From the NCBI GenBank assembly GCA_951406725.2, contig OX597819.1, forward strand, positions 91,574,001-91,638,000: a stretch of DNA of 64,000 nucleotides, in the 5' to 3' direction. The notes below the pieces were generated by a model. It saw nothing but the letters and a program-made list of their open reading frames with translations, made no database searches and was not told where the DNA came from. This DNA comes from Octopus vulgaris. Taxonomy: Eukaryota. Of the stretch, positions 26,424-38,949 are shown in pieces. The position numbers and the translations under genes are program-made. Position 1 is the stretch's first letter. Each line of letters starts with the position of its first letter.

Positions 26424-26567
26424 ACTCTACCAGTTGGCAATGTGTGACACTATTATTGAGAAAAACCGACGTGAAATTCTCAAAGAAGAATCATTTCAGA
26501 TTGCTTATGTGGACAGAGATTGTATTCTAAACTCTTTCTTTCCTTTTGATCCGTATTTATTATCAAG
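26424..26567 (+). CDS. RRN3: RRN3 internal exon (after a 17.5-kb intron)
   Basis: ttttcag/GTAAGC; LYQLAMCDTIIEKNRRE...LNSFFPFDPYLLS matches RRN3 YQLVFCYTIIERNNR...LDTFFPFDP; phase 2 to 2. Confidence 0.94.
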
Positions 26568-26759
26568 GTAAGCTTTATTGTTTTTGTTGTTTGGAAGGAA
26601 CTTTTACAAAACAGAATCAGGAGTCTTTGAACTTGTACAATAGATTATTCTCTCCCTCAAGCCATGTTAACCACTCATTGCATTCCTCTCCCCTCACTCT
26701 CCTTTCATTTTCTCATGAACTTCTCTTAAGCTTTGAATATATATAAAAATATTTTGTGT

Positions 26760-27220
26760 GGCATAGGTACATGAGTGGCTGTATGATAAGAAGCATGCTT
26801 CCCAACCACATGGTTCTGGGTTCAGTCCCACTGCATGGCATTTGGGCAAGTGTCTTCTATTGTAGTCTCAGACCAACCAAAGCCTTGAGTGGATTTGGTA
26901 GATGGAAACTGAAAGAAGCTTGTCATATATATGTGTGTGTGTATGTATATATATATGTGTGTGTATGTATATATATATGTGTGTGTATGTATATATATAT
27001 GTGTATCTTTGTGTCTGCTTGTCCCTCCCACTACTGCTTGACAACCAGTGTTGGTGTGTTTATGTTCCTGTAACTTAGCAGTTGAGCAAAAGAGATGAAT
27101 AGAATAAGTACTAGGATTACAAACAATAAGTCCTGGGGTTGATTTGTTTGACTAAAAACAAAAAAACAGGAAACTCCTGGTGCTCCATGGGTGCAGTCAA
27201 ATGATTGAAACAAGTAAAAG
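26760..27220 (+). mobile_element. tRNA-derived SINE copy
   Basis: Head, (TA/TG)n and tail as above. Confidence 0.8.
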
Positions 27221-27593
27221 TATTAATATTGTCTTGTGGGGTTTCCATCTCCTCTGCCTCTGTTGTGGGCGAGAATGTTGAAGTTGTTGACTGCTTCACA
27301 CATTTCAGCAGTATGATCCACAGCAGCATTAGCTGTGAATCTGAACACCCATCCGCTTCTCACATTAAACACTTGCTCTGAACTTAGTACCTCTTATCTT
27401 CTACATATTCTCCCTCTCCTTCAGATTACTAGAATATATTCCACATTTCATTAGCTATTTCTCAGTTGTGATCAGATTATATTAGGATCAAAACGGAATC
27501 AACTCTTTATAATATGTAATGCTCTCTGCTTCCTGAAGTTTTATGTTCTTGATTCTATATTTGTAAGCCTTACCCGTAGCCGCTGGTACCGAA

Positions 27594-27812
27594 ACCCTTT
27601 AGCTTTTAAACCGGCCAAATCCAGCTCAAATATTCTACATGTTTTACACTCAAATTGGCCATATCTAACCTCTCACACCTAACCTACGCTAATATTTTAA
27701 AAATAATCAAATCCTCGAAACCTCAAAGCTATAAGATAATGCAAGATTAATTCAAAACTACTTGAATAAAGCAGTATTACATTTGACAGAGTAATCTGAA
27801 CACTCAAGGGCT
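27594..27812. mobile_element. Older piggyBac-type MITE (related copies near 10995-11165 and 18358-18520)
   Basis: AACCCTTTAGC...GACAGAGTAATCTGAA..AAGGG ends shared among the copies, with degenerate TTAA flanks. Confidence 0.55.
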
Positions 27813-27931
27813 TATATACCTCTGTTCTGGGCCAACCTTTACATATGTGAGAGAAAATGAATGTTAAATCTTTGAAAATTGTATTGTTTCACCCTCAATC
27901 TTTTTCTTTTCTATTTGTTTTGTGAATATAG

Positions 27932-28007
27932 GTCTAGTCTTTTTATCCAACCAATATACAGAGAATATGACACAACAGTTCCTAACAATCAAACTACATA
28001 TCTAAAG
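27932..28007 (+). CDS. RRN3: RRN3 penultimate coding exon
   Basis: atatag/GTTTGT; RSSLFIQPIYREYD matches RRN3 RSKKFIDPIYQVWE; phase 2 to 0. Confidence 0.88.
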
Positions 28008-28208
28008 GTTTGTACACTACTTTATTATTTTTGTTCATGAAATTTAGTTTCATTGTTTTTTTATTTTATTAAGAGTTAATGAAAAAAAAACCCAGCTGTT
28101 AGAAGAATTTTGCCTTAAAATCAAATCTATTTCGATTTTCACTGAAAAAAAGATTTTTTTGTTTTTGAAATTTTAAACTGCCTGTTTCAGACTGCTGTTA
28201 TATTGTAG

Positions 28209-28518
28209 GGAAGACATATAGCTCTGTGGTTAGGGTATTTGGCTTACAATCATATGGTTGTGAGTTCAATTCTGGCAACAAGTGTCCTTGAGCAAGACAC
28301 TTTATTTCATGCTTATCCAGTTCATTCAGCTGGCAAACATGAGTAGTACTTGTATTTAAAAGGCCAGCCTTGTCGCACTCTGTGCCACACAATCTCCCTG
28401 AGAACTATGTTAAGGGTACACATGTCTCTGGAGTGCTCAGCCACTTGCACGTTAATTTCATGAGCAGGCTGTTCCATTGATCAGATCGGCTGGCACCCTC
28501 ATTGTTGTAACCGATGGA
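28209..28518 (+). mobile_element. tRNA-derived SINE, third family
   Basis: tRNA-like head, TGTCCTTGAGCAAGACACTT core; inverted copy at 30845-31172. Confidence 0.75.
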
Positions 28519-28539
28519 AGGCCATGGAGAGAGATTAAA

Positions 28540-28930
28540 TCCAATATCTTTTGAAAAATCTGAAGGTGAATGTTCAGTTCAAAAAGAAATTCAACAAACT
28601 ATAAGACGAAAGTGATAAAAAATGGTTTGATATTGACAGAGAATAAAAATCTAAAATATAGCCAATGGACAGTAGCAGGAGGAAGGCATCTGTGAAATAT
28701 ATCCTTTCAAATACTTGGGAAGCTTCCTAGAGATTGTTGATAGCTTTCATTACAGCAGAGGTAAGCATTCTGAATGTGTAGCTGCCAGAATAAGGAGATG
28801 GGTAGGGAAAGCTCTTACTTCTGTTGAAAATAAGTAAATTCTGTGTCTGAGTAAAGGACAGGTCGTCTGATGCTTGTATATGAAGTGTGTTATTGTATGA
28901 CAGTGAAACATGGCAACTAAATGTAGAGGG
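28540..28930 (+). pseudogene. RTE RT remnant
   Basis: SVLLYDSETW resembles the RTE LLYGSETW motif. Confidence 0.5.
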
Positions 28931-30440
28931 TTTTTTTTTGCTGTTTGTCTTTAGTCTTGAGGCAAGTCAGTGCCTATGACTAGTTAAAGGGCCCCCAGGA
29001 CTGGTGGGAGGGAGGAAAAGTATCTTCAAATTGGGAACCTGGCTGGGACTCTGTTAAAGGTGTCAGGAAGTTTTGTTAAACTGGATGACAGGTTAAGTTT
29101 ACCACCAAAGTAGACACTGTGGGATTTGAACTAAAAACACAAGGAGTTTGAACAAATATTGCTAGGCTTCTAATCCAATGTTCTTACAGTTTTGCCAATT
29201 TACCATCTTGGATTGCTAATTTCTTAACAACACCTGAAATGATGATGGGCAAATTTGACAAAGGCAGGGTTTGAACTCGAGAGTGCAGAGAGGTTCAGAA
29301 ATAACAAACATTTCCAAGTCTTCTGTCTGCTGCTTTAATGAATGTCAATTCCCTACCAAGGCTGGAAAGAACTGAAGCAAGCATGCACCACTGGTTGTGC
29401 AATGTTAGTGTCTATGAATGATGGAAAACAAAGGATGAAAGTGAAAATTGGCTTTAACAGTGACACAATGTGCAATGCAAAAGAAATAGATGGTTGTGTT
29501 GGAACAGTCATGAAGCCTAGGACAAATAATGTACCAAGCAATCCAAGTGGAAGAATTCTTTTATTCTTTTACTTGTTTCAGTTATTTGACTGTGGCTATG
29601 CTGGAGCATCACCTTAAAGGGGTTTTTCAGTTGAAGAAATCAACCCCATGATTTGTTCTTTATAAGCCTTAGTGCTTATTCTATTGATCTCTTTTGTTGA
29701 ACCTCTAAGTTACAGACATAAACACACCAACATCGTTTGTCAAGCGATGGTAAGGACACACACACAAATATATACAAGCTTTCAGTTTCTGTCTACCAAA
29801 TGTATCCACAAGGCTTTGGTCGACCTAAGGTTGTAATAGAAAACACTTGCATTATTTTCAACATTTGTGAACTTATGAGAGTTTAAAACTAAACAAAACA
29901 AGTTATAGAAAATAAATAATAATAAAAAGAATTTTTTTCCCTCTTTTTTTCATTTTATTTCTTCCTAATATTTAGACATCAAAATAATTTTATCAGATTA
30001 CCTGCTGTCAGGAGAATATTTTTATGTGTAGCTGGAGAGGCTAATAAAAATATGACATTTCAGAATATTTTAATTTATGATTCTGAACAGTTTTAATACT
30101 TTGACCCACTTTGCTAAATGCTGCAGCTGATTACTAGCAACAAGATATTGGAAAAGACATTGGAAGTGAATAATGGATATCTCCATCATTAAGGGTACAA
30201 TCACTCTTAATATATAGCTCAATGAGGAGCAAGATTTGTTGGTGGAACAACTTGAAATTGACTTGAGTGAGAGAGTCCATGTATATGAATAAATTGGCTG
30301 TGTGGTAAGAAGTTAGCTTCCCAATGATACAGTTTTGGGTTCAGTCTCACTGTGTGGCACCTTGGGGAAATGTCTTCTGCTATAGCCTCAGGCTGACTAA
30401 TATCTTGTGAATGGATTTGGTAGATAGAAACTGAAAGAAG

Positions 30441-30478
<38 letters not shown>

Positions 30479-30481
<3 letters not shown>

Positions 30482-30744
30482 GAATAAAAGTTTTGAATGG
30501 TACAACAATGCATTATAATACACAGAATGGGCTATATACCTGTTGTAATTTAGTCATCCATAGTCTGATATGATATTTCGGAATAATATTCCTTCTTCAG
30601 CAGTGACTCCATCTAAGAATATCTGAAGAAGGAATATTATTCCGAAATATCATATCAGACTATGGATGACTAAATTACAACAGGTATATAGCCCATTCTG
30701 TGTATTATAATGCATTGTTGTACCATTCAAAACTTTTATTCTTT
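30479..30744. repeat. Perfect 122-bp inverted repeat with a 22-nt loop, between (TA)n runs
   Basis: 30479-30600 is the exact reverse complement of 30623-30744. Confidence 0.95.
30619..30655 (+). ncRNA. Candidate minimal hammerhead ribozyme (Penelope-type)
   Basis: ATAT-CTGAAGA-A-GGAAT(ATT)ATTCC-GAAA-TATC-ATAT: core boxes, 5-bp stem II, palindromic ATAT stem III, UC site. Confidence 0.55.
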
Positions 30745-30796
30745 ACAAACAATACACAGTGCTTCAAGCGAACTACAATACTCTCCTATATATATA

Positions 30797-30844
<48 letters not shown>

Positions 30845-30846
<2 letters not shown>

Positions 30847-31172
30847 AGCACTCTGTCGGTTGCGACGACGAGGGTCCTAGCTGATACGATCAACGGAACA
30901 GCTTGCTTGTAAAATTAATGTGCAAGTGGCTGAGCACTTCACAAACACATGTACCCTTAACGTAGTTCTCGGGTAGATTCAGCATGACACGGAGTGTGAC
31001 AAGGCTGGCCCTTTGAAATGCAGGTACTACTCATTTTTGCCAGCTGAGTGAACTGGAGCAACGTGAAATAAAGTGTATCTTGCTCAAGGACACAACATGC
31101 CGCCAGGAATTGAACTCACAGCCTTACGATCATGAGCCAAATGCCTCTAACCACTTAGCCACGCGCTTTCAC
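30845..31172 (-). mobile_element. tRNA-derived SINE, third family
   Basis: Reverse-complement match to 28209-28518. Confidence 0.78.
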
Positions 31173-31643
31173 AAAATATATATATAAATATATATAAAAA
31201 GCACCCTTCAATCATTGGGTGATATACTGTACTTGTTAAGACCTGTTGAACCGAGTGAAATAGTAGTCATGGCCGAAGCCAGTGCTATCTGACAGGCACC
31301 TGTGTCGGTGGCACTTAAAAAGCACCATTCAAGCATTGGACCTCATGGAGGCAGTGACAGGTTACCAAGACCCTTGGCGATATATCATGCTTGTGTTGAC
31401 CTGTCAAGCCAAGTGAGACTATAGTCGTGGCTGATGCTGGTGTCAAGTCAATGCCACCCATGCCATTGGCACATAAAAATCTCCCTCTACACTCTCAGAG
31501 TGGTTGGTGTTAGGCAGGGTATCCAGCCGTAGAAACCTTGCCAAATCAGACTGGAACCTGGTGCAGCCCCCCCCCCCCAGCTCACCAATCTTCATCCAAA
31601 CCGTTCAACCCATGTCAGCATGGAAAGTGGTTGTCAAACGATG

Positions 31644-31693
<50 letters not shown>

Positions 31694-32387
31694 GGACTTT
31701 CCCATTGGTTTTGGCATATGAAGATCCGACAACCTCCACTCTCTTTCCTGAATGTGACATTTGAATCTTGTCAACAATTTGCAAAGAAGCCCACAGACGT
31801 TGCAAATATGAGGATTATGGGTCAGTGCAGACAGTATATTTGTAACTACTTTTCTACTTTGCCATGCACCCCTAAGCCTGTTAATGCTGGTTGGAACAAA
31901 GTCTCTTATACCATTTTGTTTGCTCCAAGGCTGTTTGCTCAAAGGTGTTGTGAACTATCTTCACTGCGGTGGTGTTAGGAAGGGCATCCAGCTGTAGAAA
32001 CATTGCCGGACCAGATTGGAGCCTGGTGCAGCCTCTGGCTCTCCAGACCTCAGTCAAACCATCCAACCCATGCCAGCATGGAAAATGGACGTTAAATGAT
32101 GATGATGATGATATAAAAGTGTAAATGAGAGATTGGGTTGAGAATTCCAGCCAGGGGAGGTAGTCACTAGTCACATACTCTTATTTACTTATAAGCCATA
32201 GAACCCAGTTCTTCACCCTAAAAAGCTCCCTAGTTTTGAGACACTTCAAAAAATTTTCAACTGTAATTGTAAAAACCTGGCAGTTACTGTGAACATGTGA
32301 AATGAAGATACTTTTCAAAAAAAGAAATTTGAAGGAAATGTTTGATTTTTTTTAAAAAAAAGATTTGAATTTCTTTTTTAATTTCAG

Positions 32388-32603
32388 AATCATATTGATG
32401 ATGATGATGACGACTTTTTACCACAAGATGTCAACGATGCTGAAGATAGGACAATTCTTTCAATTGATGAGTTCTCTCTTTTTAATGACTGTGATAAGGA
32501 AATCAGCTCTGGTGGCAGCAGGGCATATGATATTCCTAGAAGGAATTGGAAGTCAAAAGGAGAGAAAAATGAAATAGTGGAAGCCATGATGGCAAGTTTA
32601 TAA
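32388..32603 (+). CDS. RRN3: RRN3 probable terminal coding exon (acidic tail)
   Basis: Polypyrimidine tract plus tttcag; phase 0; 71 codons NHIDDDDDDFLPQD...EAMMASL then TAA; an acidic C-terminus is typical of RRN3. Confidence 0.75.
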   Translation, partial: NHIDDDDDDFLPQDVNDAEDRTILSIDEFSLFNDCDKEISSGGSRAYDIPRRNWKSKGEKNEIVEAMMASL

Positions 32604-34215
32604 TCCTGTCCATTGTCCATTTTGAAACATTATTATTTTTTTACTGGTGTAAATAGTTCAGAAATCAAATTCTCTCAAATACGCTGTGATAAAGACTAAA
32701 GAGTTGCTCTTTCATGTACAAAGTTAGTTTTCCAAACTGCTGTAAAAATCCCTAAACGTCTCTAACTCAAATTCATATATATATATAAATATATGATGTG
32801 TGTGTGCGCATCAACCCAACTCTATAGGAAAAGATTAACTCAGATAATGAAACTGAAAGTTATACTTTTTTTTCACATTTTTTTTTTATTCAAAAGGGGG
32901 AAAATTAGACAATAATTTAATTGAAATAGATAATTCTTACAGATATATCCATTTTAATTAATATTATGATTTATTTGCTTCCAGTAGTTTTTAACTACTT
33001 ATAAAATATGTGAAAACAAAGTAGTTGTTAGTTACATTGAAGTCACTGGGGGGACAAATGATCATCAGTCCTAGAGCATTCAGAAGCAGAATGACCAATC
33101 TTTCAGTTTGTATCTCTATTCTTTGTACTCCAGCTTTTATCAACATTGACTTTATCCTGTTGGTACTTCATCACCCGGAACAGGCTGCAAGTTATTTCCT
33201 GATTGCAGGTCTTACAGAGCTTGCTGAATTCTGTACCAGTTACTTCTTTTTCTAATACAACCATCTTTTCATTTTTTTTTTTTTAAGGCTTTCTCCTGTC
33301 AGTCAGCTTAATGAAGCTCGTACACATAGAATTTGATGACTCAGTCAAAATTGTTCTCATAACAAGTACTCTTTCTTGATGTCCCGTCTTTAATTTTACT
33401 TCTTATTTGATAAAAAAAAAAATTACTAAATATATGGTATTTCTTAGTTGTTAGTTACATTAAAGTAGAATTTTTTTTTATAACTCATTGGAGTTAAATC
33501 TAATATGCACACACACACATACACAATATAAATTGTTATCTATTTAAAAAACTGGGAGAACTACAATTTAGTGTAAAATACTCAGTGACATGTAGTATAG
33601 TGGAGATATTTAATTCAGATGACAACACATAGAAGACAATTAATTTTCAAAATTTGAAAGTAATACAAGTTACCATCACTCAAATAACCATGCGTGCGCG
33701 CGCACATACACACACACACACTCTGTGTCTCTCTCATTGTTCTATTTTTTTTTTTTTTTTATTGCTTAGTGAAGATAAGGAAGAAACAGCATCAATGATC
33801 CTTTTCAGGTCCTTAAGACAGGAGGCCTGTCCTGAATGCTTAAATGAAGTTACTGTTATAAATTGTACTGTAAAAGTTTATTATTTTGTATCTGTTAAGC
33901 CTTTCTGACAACAGAAAATGAATCTTACATTTCTCATCATCCTCAATTATTTCTGCTAATCTACTTCTCCCTATTTCTGAAAGCCTAAATTTGGAATTTG
34001 AGAGTCAGATTTTGTACTTGTTTCTTCTATAACTTTCTAAGCACATGGCATAACTGTGTGGTTAAGAAGCTTGCTTTACAATCATATGGTTTTGGGTTCA
34101 GTCCTACTGCATGACATTTTGGGCAAGTGTCTTTTGCTATAGCTCCAAGCTGACCAATGCTTTGTGAGTGAACTTGATAGTTGAAAACTGTATGGAAGCC
34201 TGTCATATGTATGCA

Positions 34216-35491
34216 CAGGGTGGGGAAGCAAAATTTACAATATTTTGAGGCAGGGATTGAAAGACAGTGTATGACCAATTTGTTTATTGAAAGTCATGAG
34301 ACTTTATTTGCCACAAGAAAATTTACATAATAGAAAATGTTTTTATTCTATGTGTCCCCCTTCTTTCTCAATAACTGCCTTCACACGCTTCCTGAAACTT
34401 GCATGAGTGTTCCTCAAATATTTGGGAGACAACTTCTCCTATTCTTCTTTAATAGTATCTTTAAGAGAGTCGACATTGCTGTGTGATGTTCTATTGGTAG
34501 CATGTTCTAAAACGCCCCAAATAGCGAAATCCAGAGGGCTAGAAGGCAGCCATAAACATGATTCCAAAAAATTGCTAAAGTTGAATTTGCAGAAATCTTG
34601 TATTTTTCAAGCTATGTGGGCTGGAGCACCATCCTGTGTCCATACATAATTGCCATCTGGGTAGTTTGCTTTAAGCCATGGCAATACCTGATATCTCAGA
34701 GTCTTGTAGTAAATATTAACATTGATCTTTTCATCGGCTTTGTAGAATTTTATAAGCATTTTCTTTCCATCGGAAGCTACAACACCAAAAGCCATAACTT
34801 AGCAGGATGTTTTGTTTTGAATGTCCCCTTAACTTCAGCTGTCGATTTTGCGATAAACCTGTCATTTCTGTGGTTCAGAACAGCATCGACATTGAAGATC
34901 TTTTCATCTGAAAAGATCGTTACAATGGAGGACTTTTTCTTGAACCATGTAATAATTTTCTTGCACTTTTCCAATCTCTTTTCCTTCATAGCTGTTGTCA
35001 ACAAGTGTTTTGGTGTTCTTGTGTAAGATTATAACCTCAAATCATATTTTATTGCATTTCTAATTGTCTTGTCTACCTCAAGTTCAATTGCCATTTTTCT
35101 CATAGATTTGGTTGAATCCTTTAGGATTTTGGATTTGAGAGCTTTAATAAAAGCTTTGATACATTTTTTGTTGATTCCTCCACTTCCAGACTTCCTTGTA
35201 ATAGTTTTGCTCATAGTCATTCTATTCTTTACATTATAAACAGTCTTTATGGACACTCCAACTATTCTTGAAATCTCATTTGGTATGACGAGTGCATTCA
35301 GAAAATCACACACTCTTTGACTTTTGCTTTCCTGATTACTCATATGAGCAAAAGTTTCTGAAAAGGTAATGATAATAGTGTTAGGTATGATTATGACACC
35401 CATATATGTTAGGTTTCAAAACAATTGACTTAGTGCCTGCTGAGAAAAAAAACAACTTAACGTTCATAGTAAATTTTGCTTCCCCACCCTG
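34216..35491 (-). mobile_element. Tc1/mariner transposon, maT (DD37D)-like, full length but disrupted
   Basis: 23-bp TIRs CAGGGTGGGGAAGCAAAATTTAC, TA on the right and CA on the left; FSDEKIF, QDGAPAH, WLPSSP-LDFAIW; second-to-third D spacing is 33, or 37 if the deleted DLNP is restored. Confidence 0.88.
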
Positions 35492-35520
35492 TATGTATGT
35501 ATGTATATATATATATATAT

Positions 35521-35673
35521 AGGGAGAATTCACAAAAAAACAAAAGATGAAGACAGGTGGTGTAGACAACAAACAGATGTATTAGTATAACGCTCAGGAA
35601 GTGAAAAAGTCTTTAACGTTTTGAGCCTATGCTCTTCCACAGAAAGGAACACAGAAACAAGGAGAGAAAAAAA
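35521..35673 (-). mobile_element. Short Penelope-terminus-like repeat with a degenerate hammerhead motif, inserted in (TA)n
   Basis: Minus 35646-35611: CTTT-CTGTGGA-A-GAGC(ATAG)GCTC-AAAA-CGTT-AAAG. Confidence 0.5.
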
Positions 35674-36403
35674 AATATATATATATATATGTGTTTTTGT
35701 ACCCTCCTCTCACCACTTGAGAACCAGTGTTGGTTTGTTTACTTGATGTCCCCTTAACTTAGCAGTTAGGCAAAAGAGACTGATAAAATAAGTACCAGAC
35801 TTAAAAAATACATATGGGGCTCGATTTGTTTGACTAAACCATTCAGAGCTGTACCTCAGCCTAGCAACGATTCAGTGACTGAAACAAGTTACATAAAAGG
35901 ATATGGTCAACGTAACTTGTTAGGCTGTGTGCTTGTCTAGAGCATATTTTAAATGGTACCATGTAACCACTATGACAAAGATGCAATTCATCTAGAAAAT
36001 CAGACACTATCAATTAGTATTATGTTTCTTTATGTTAACTCCCCATGCAAGTAGTCTTACATAGATTAACTTCTCATTAGTAAATCAGATAAAAGTGTTT
36101 TTGGTTTTAGTGCTTGATATAGTTTTACACTGTTAGCTAAAGAGCTGCTGATTGTATTTTTTCTTTCAAACCTTGTAGTGCCAAATGTTTCTTTTGTCTA
36201 TTTTTTAATGGCTATACAAAATTTCAGTTGAATTTTTGCTGTTTCACATATTTATTTCAAGTGTAACGCCTTCATTAAAGGCCTGTACCATTTCTTACAA
36301 GAACGTAGTCATTCATAGTGGTATTTTCTTTTGCTAAGTTGGTCTATATACTTGATATGGAAGAAGCAGCTTGTTCACTGTTTTGGTGTGTTTATTTGAT
36401 ATA

Positions 36404-37063
36404 CGAGGAGAAGTCAAAAATTATCTGCATTTTCGCCATATCTTTATTATTCTCACACTGCCATCTGCGCATGCATGCTTATAGTTGGTACTATTGTGGT
36501 CATGTGATGGAAGTTTGAGCTTGATCATGCCATTTCTGGTTTTACATGGCTGCTCCACTAGCAATGTACACCAAAGAAGAACAAAGAGCAGTGATTTGAT
36601 TTCTCTGGTTGGAAGGTGTGTCAGTTGCTGAAATTCATCGGAGGCTTCTTGTACAATACAGGGACAGTGCTCTACTGTGTAGAAGTGTGTATGAGTGGAC
36701 TGAGAAGTTTAAAAGTGGCCAAAGGTGATGCATGAAGAGGGAGCTGGATGCCTGTCAACCTCCATCACTGATGAGAAGATTCAGCAAGCTCAAGAGATTC
36801 GACAAGATGAGAGATTCAGCAAGCTCAGTTCATTGTTACCATCTCTCGGATCACTGCTCTTTGTTCTTCTTTGGTGCACATTGCTAATGGAGTGGCCATG
36901 TTTACACTGTTAAAGCCACAAAGAAAAATTGGTGTGATCAGTCTCAAACTTCGATTATGTGACCACAATACTACCAACTATAAGCACGCATGCACAGAAG
37001 GTAGTGTGACAATAATAAAGATGTGTTATGGCAAAAGTTTGGATAATTTTTGACTTCACCTCG
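36404..37063. mobile_element. mariner-derived foldback element (two inverted 5' ends)
   Basis: TA|CGAGGAGAAGTCAAAAATTATC ... GATAATTTTTGACTTCACCTCG|TA; about 200-bp inverted arms including the transposase start MAAPLAMYTKEEQRAVI; HTH region EIHRRL..VYEW..KFKSG. Confidence 0.85.
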
Positions 37064-38949
37064 TATATACAAGAAAAAATAGTTCTGTTTTGAATTGAAG
37101 GTTATAGTGATAGAAGTTAATTAGCTTTCAAGAATATGTTCAAATATGTTTGGGTTTATATTGATTTCTGATTGTCTAACATTCCAAAGTCATCTAATTT
37201 TCTCTAGAAAACCATAGTTTCAGTGTTGTAAAAATAGGCTTCATATAATTTTTTGTTAAATTAAATCAATTATTCATTTTCATTATATTTACATTGGAAA
37301 TATTTTAGCAGCAATAATTTATACATCTTAAGGCAACAATAATAATGATGATGATTCATATAAAATGGTAGTATAATAGAAATAATACGTAATAATTTCT
37401 CACATATACATATACAACCAAAAATTTGTAGGGGTGGTTGTAGTCAATTGACCTAACTCTACATATTGGTTTACTGATTCTTGTTGGATTTCAACTCAGG
37501 ACATGAATGCAATTGCTTAATCTAAATGCTGTGCAACATTTAGTCCATCTCTCCACTGATTCTGCCATCTGTAACTACAGTACCACAAATGAAGCATAAT
37601 AATTGTAGTGCGTACCAAATTTTGAAACCCGTTGTTACACCTAATAACCAGATATTCATACAAATCAGTTCTAAAAAGGGTAGAGTTCATCTGTTCAACA
37701 ATCACACAAAAGAAACTCTTTTTTTTAACCTAGTGGTTTGTGCTCAAATGCATCTCTGGCATCTACAGTTATAATCAAGGTAGCTAATGTACTTCATGTA
37801 ATCACAGCATAAAAAGAAAAGCAAAAAAAAAGACAAAAAAAAACACTTGGAATACAACACTAATCATCAAAATCCCATTTTGATGGATCGAAAAACAAGA
37901 TCATCATCATTGTGACTTTCTTATTCTAATGATAAAATTAAATCTACAAAGTCATTACATCATCCTTCAAATTACACTCTAACAAGGCAGGAAGGAACCC
38001 AAACCATGATGCAGACCTCCATAACAGGAATAAAACCATACACCCAGTTCATAATTTCTGCAAATGACATTTGAATACACAAAAAGGGCACAAACATATT
38101 TGAGGAGTACTTTACTGACTAATAAAATGTTGATCTCTTTCTTCACTTTTGAACCTTTGTTAAATGTGTTTTTTAAAATTTTCTTTTGTTGTTTAAGTGG
38201 TGTGTGAGTGACGGCTGAGAACTTTCTGAAATGGTCTCTTAAGACATTGTTAAGATGTGTAGGTCTGGTGATATCTTTATCTCATTCAAAGCAGTTTTGC
38301 ATTAATGTTAAAAAAATCTTACAGGGTAGTTTTCATCTCAGTAGAAAAATATCTCCTGTAGGTCACTTTAGGATTGTTTCTATTTTAGTATTGGATTGAA
38401 ATGAAAGTAAAATTTTAGATTCTAACATGAAAATGCTAAAAAGTAAACAAAATGTACTTTGTTTCTGTATATATGCTAGTACAAGAATGTTTTTCAGAAA
38501 ATTTTACTTAAACTGCAAAAACAGACACAGTTGGGTACATTGGAAATTGTATATAGAATTTCTTCCAATGAAGATGTATAATTCTTTATACAAGAAACAA
38601 GATTTACGAAAATCTGTTGTTGCTAAATTTAGCTCTCCATCAGTGTTCATGCAGGTACAAAGTGAATAAAATATTGTCCATTCTGCTCTGTCTGTGCTTG
38701 GTTAGCAGTTGTCTTTCACTTGTTTGCATATGGCATTTGAACCTTTTGGATTAATGCAGTTATGTAAATTGTTCACAACTTCATGCATCATGCATATACA
38801 TTCCATTCCTCTGGGCCTCCAATCTAAATTACAAAACCCATTCATCAGATATCACTTGACTGGAATCGAAACTACTGTCTAAGAATGGGTCAAGCTTTCA
38901 TGTCAGTGATATGTGACATTGATAAGGCAGTATTTGCCTTATCCTCTGG

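Noticed and set aside
117-27213. Many short ORFs of the type LLSVSVYQIHSQG.. or RRASFSFRLPNP.. (e.g. 117-323, 13195-13413, 14872-15093, 22964-23182)
   Set aside because: They are translations of SINE copies and microsatellites, not genes
31538-31978. 146-aa ORF and antisense CxxC..H ORF in the last RRN3 intron
   Set aside because: It spans a repeat and (TA)n; the antisense part looks like a decayed RTE C-terminus and has no splice support
37517-37705. Possible MULE transposase remnant (RCNNGFQNLV)
   Set aside because: One weak motif, no TIRs or TSD found
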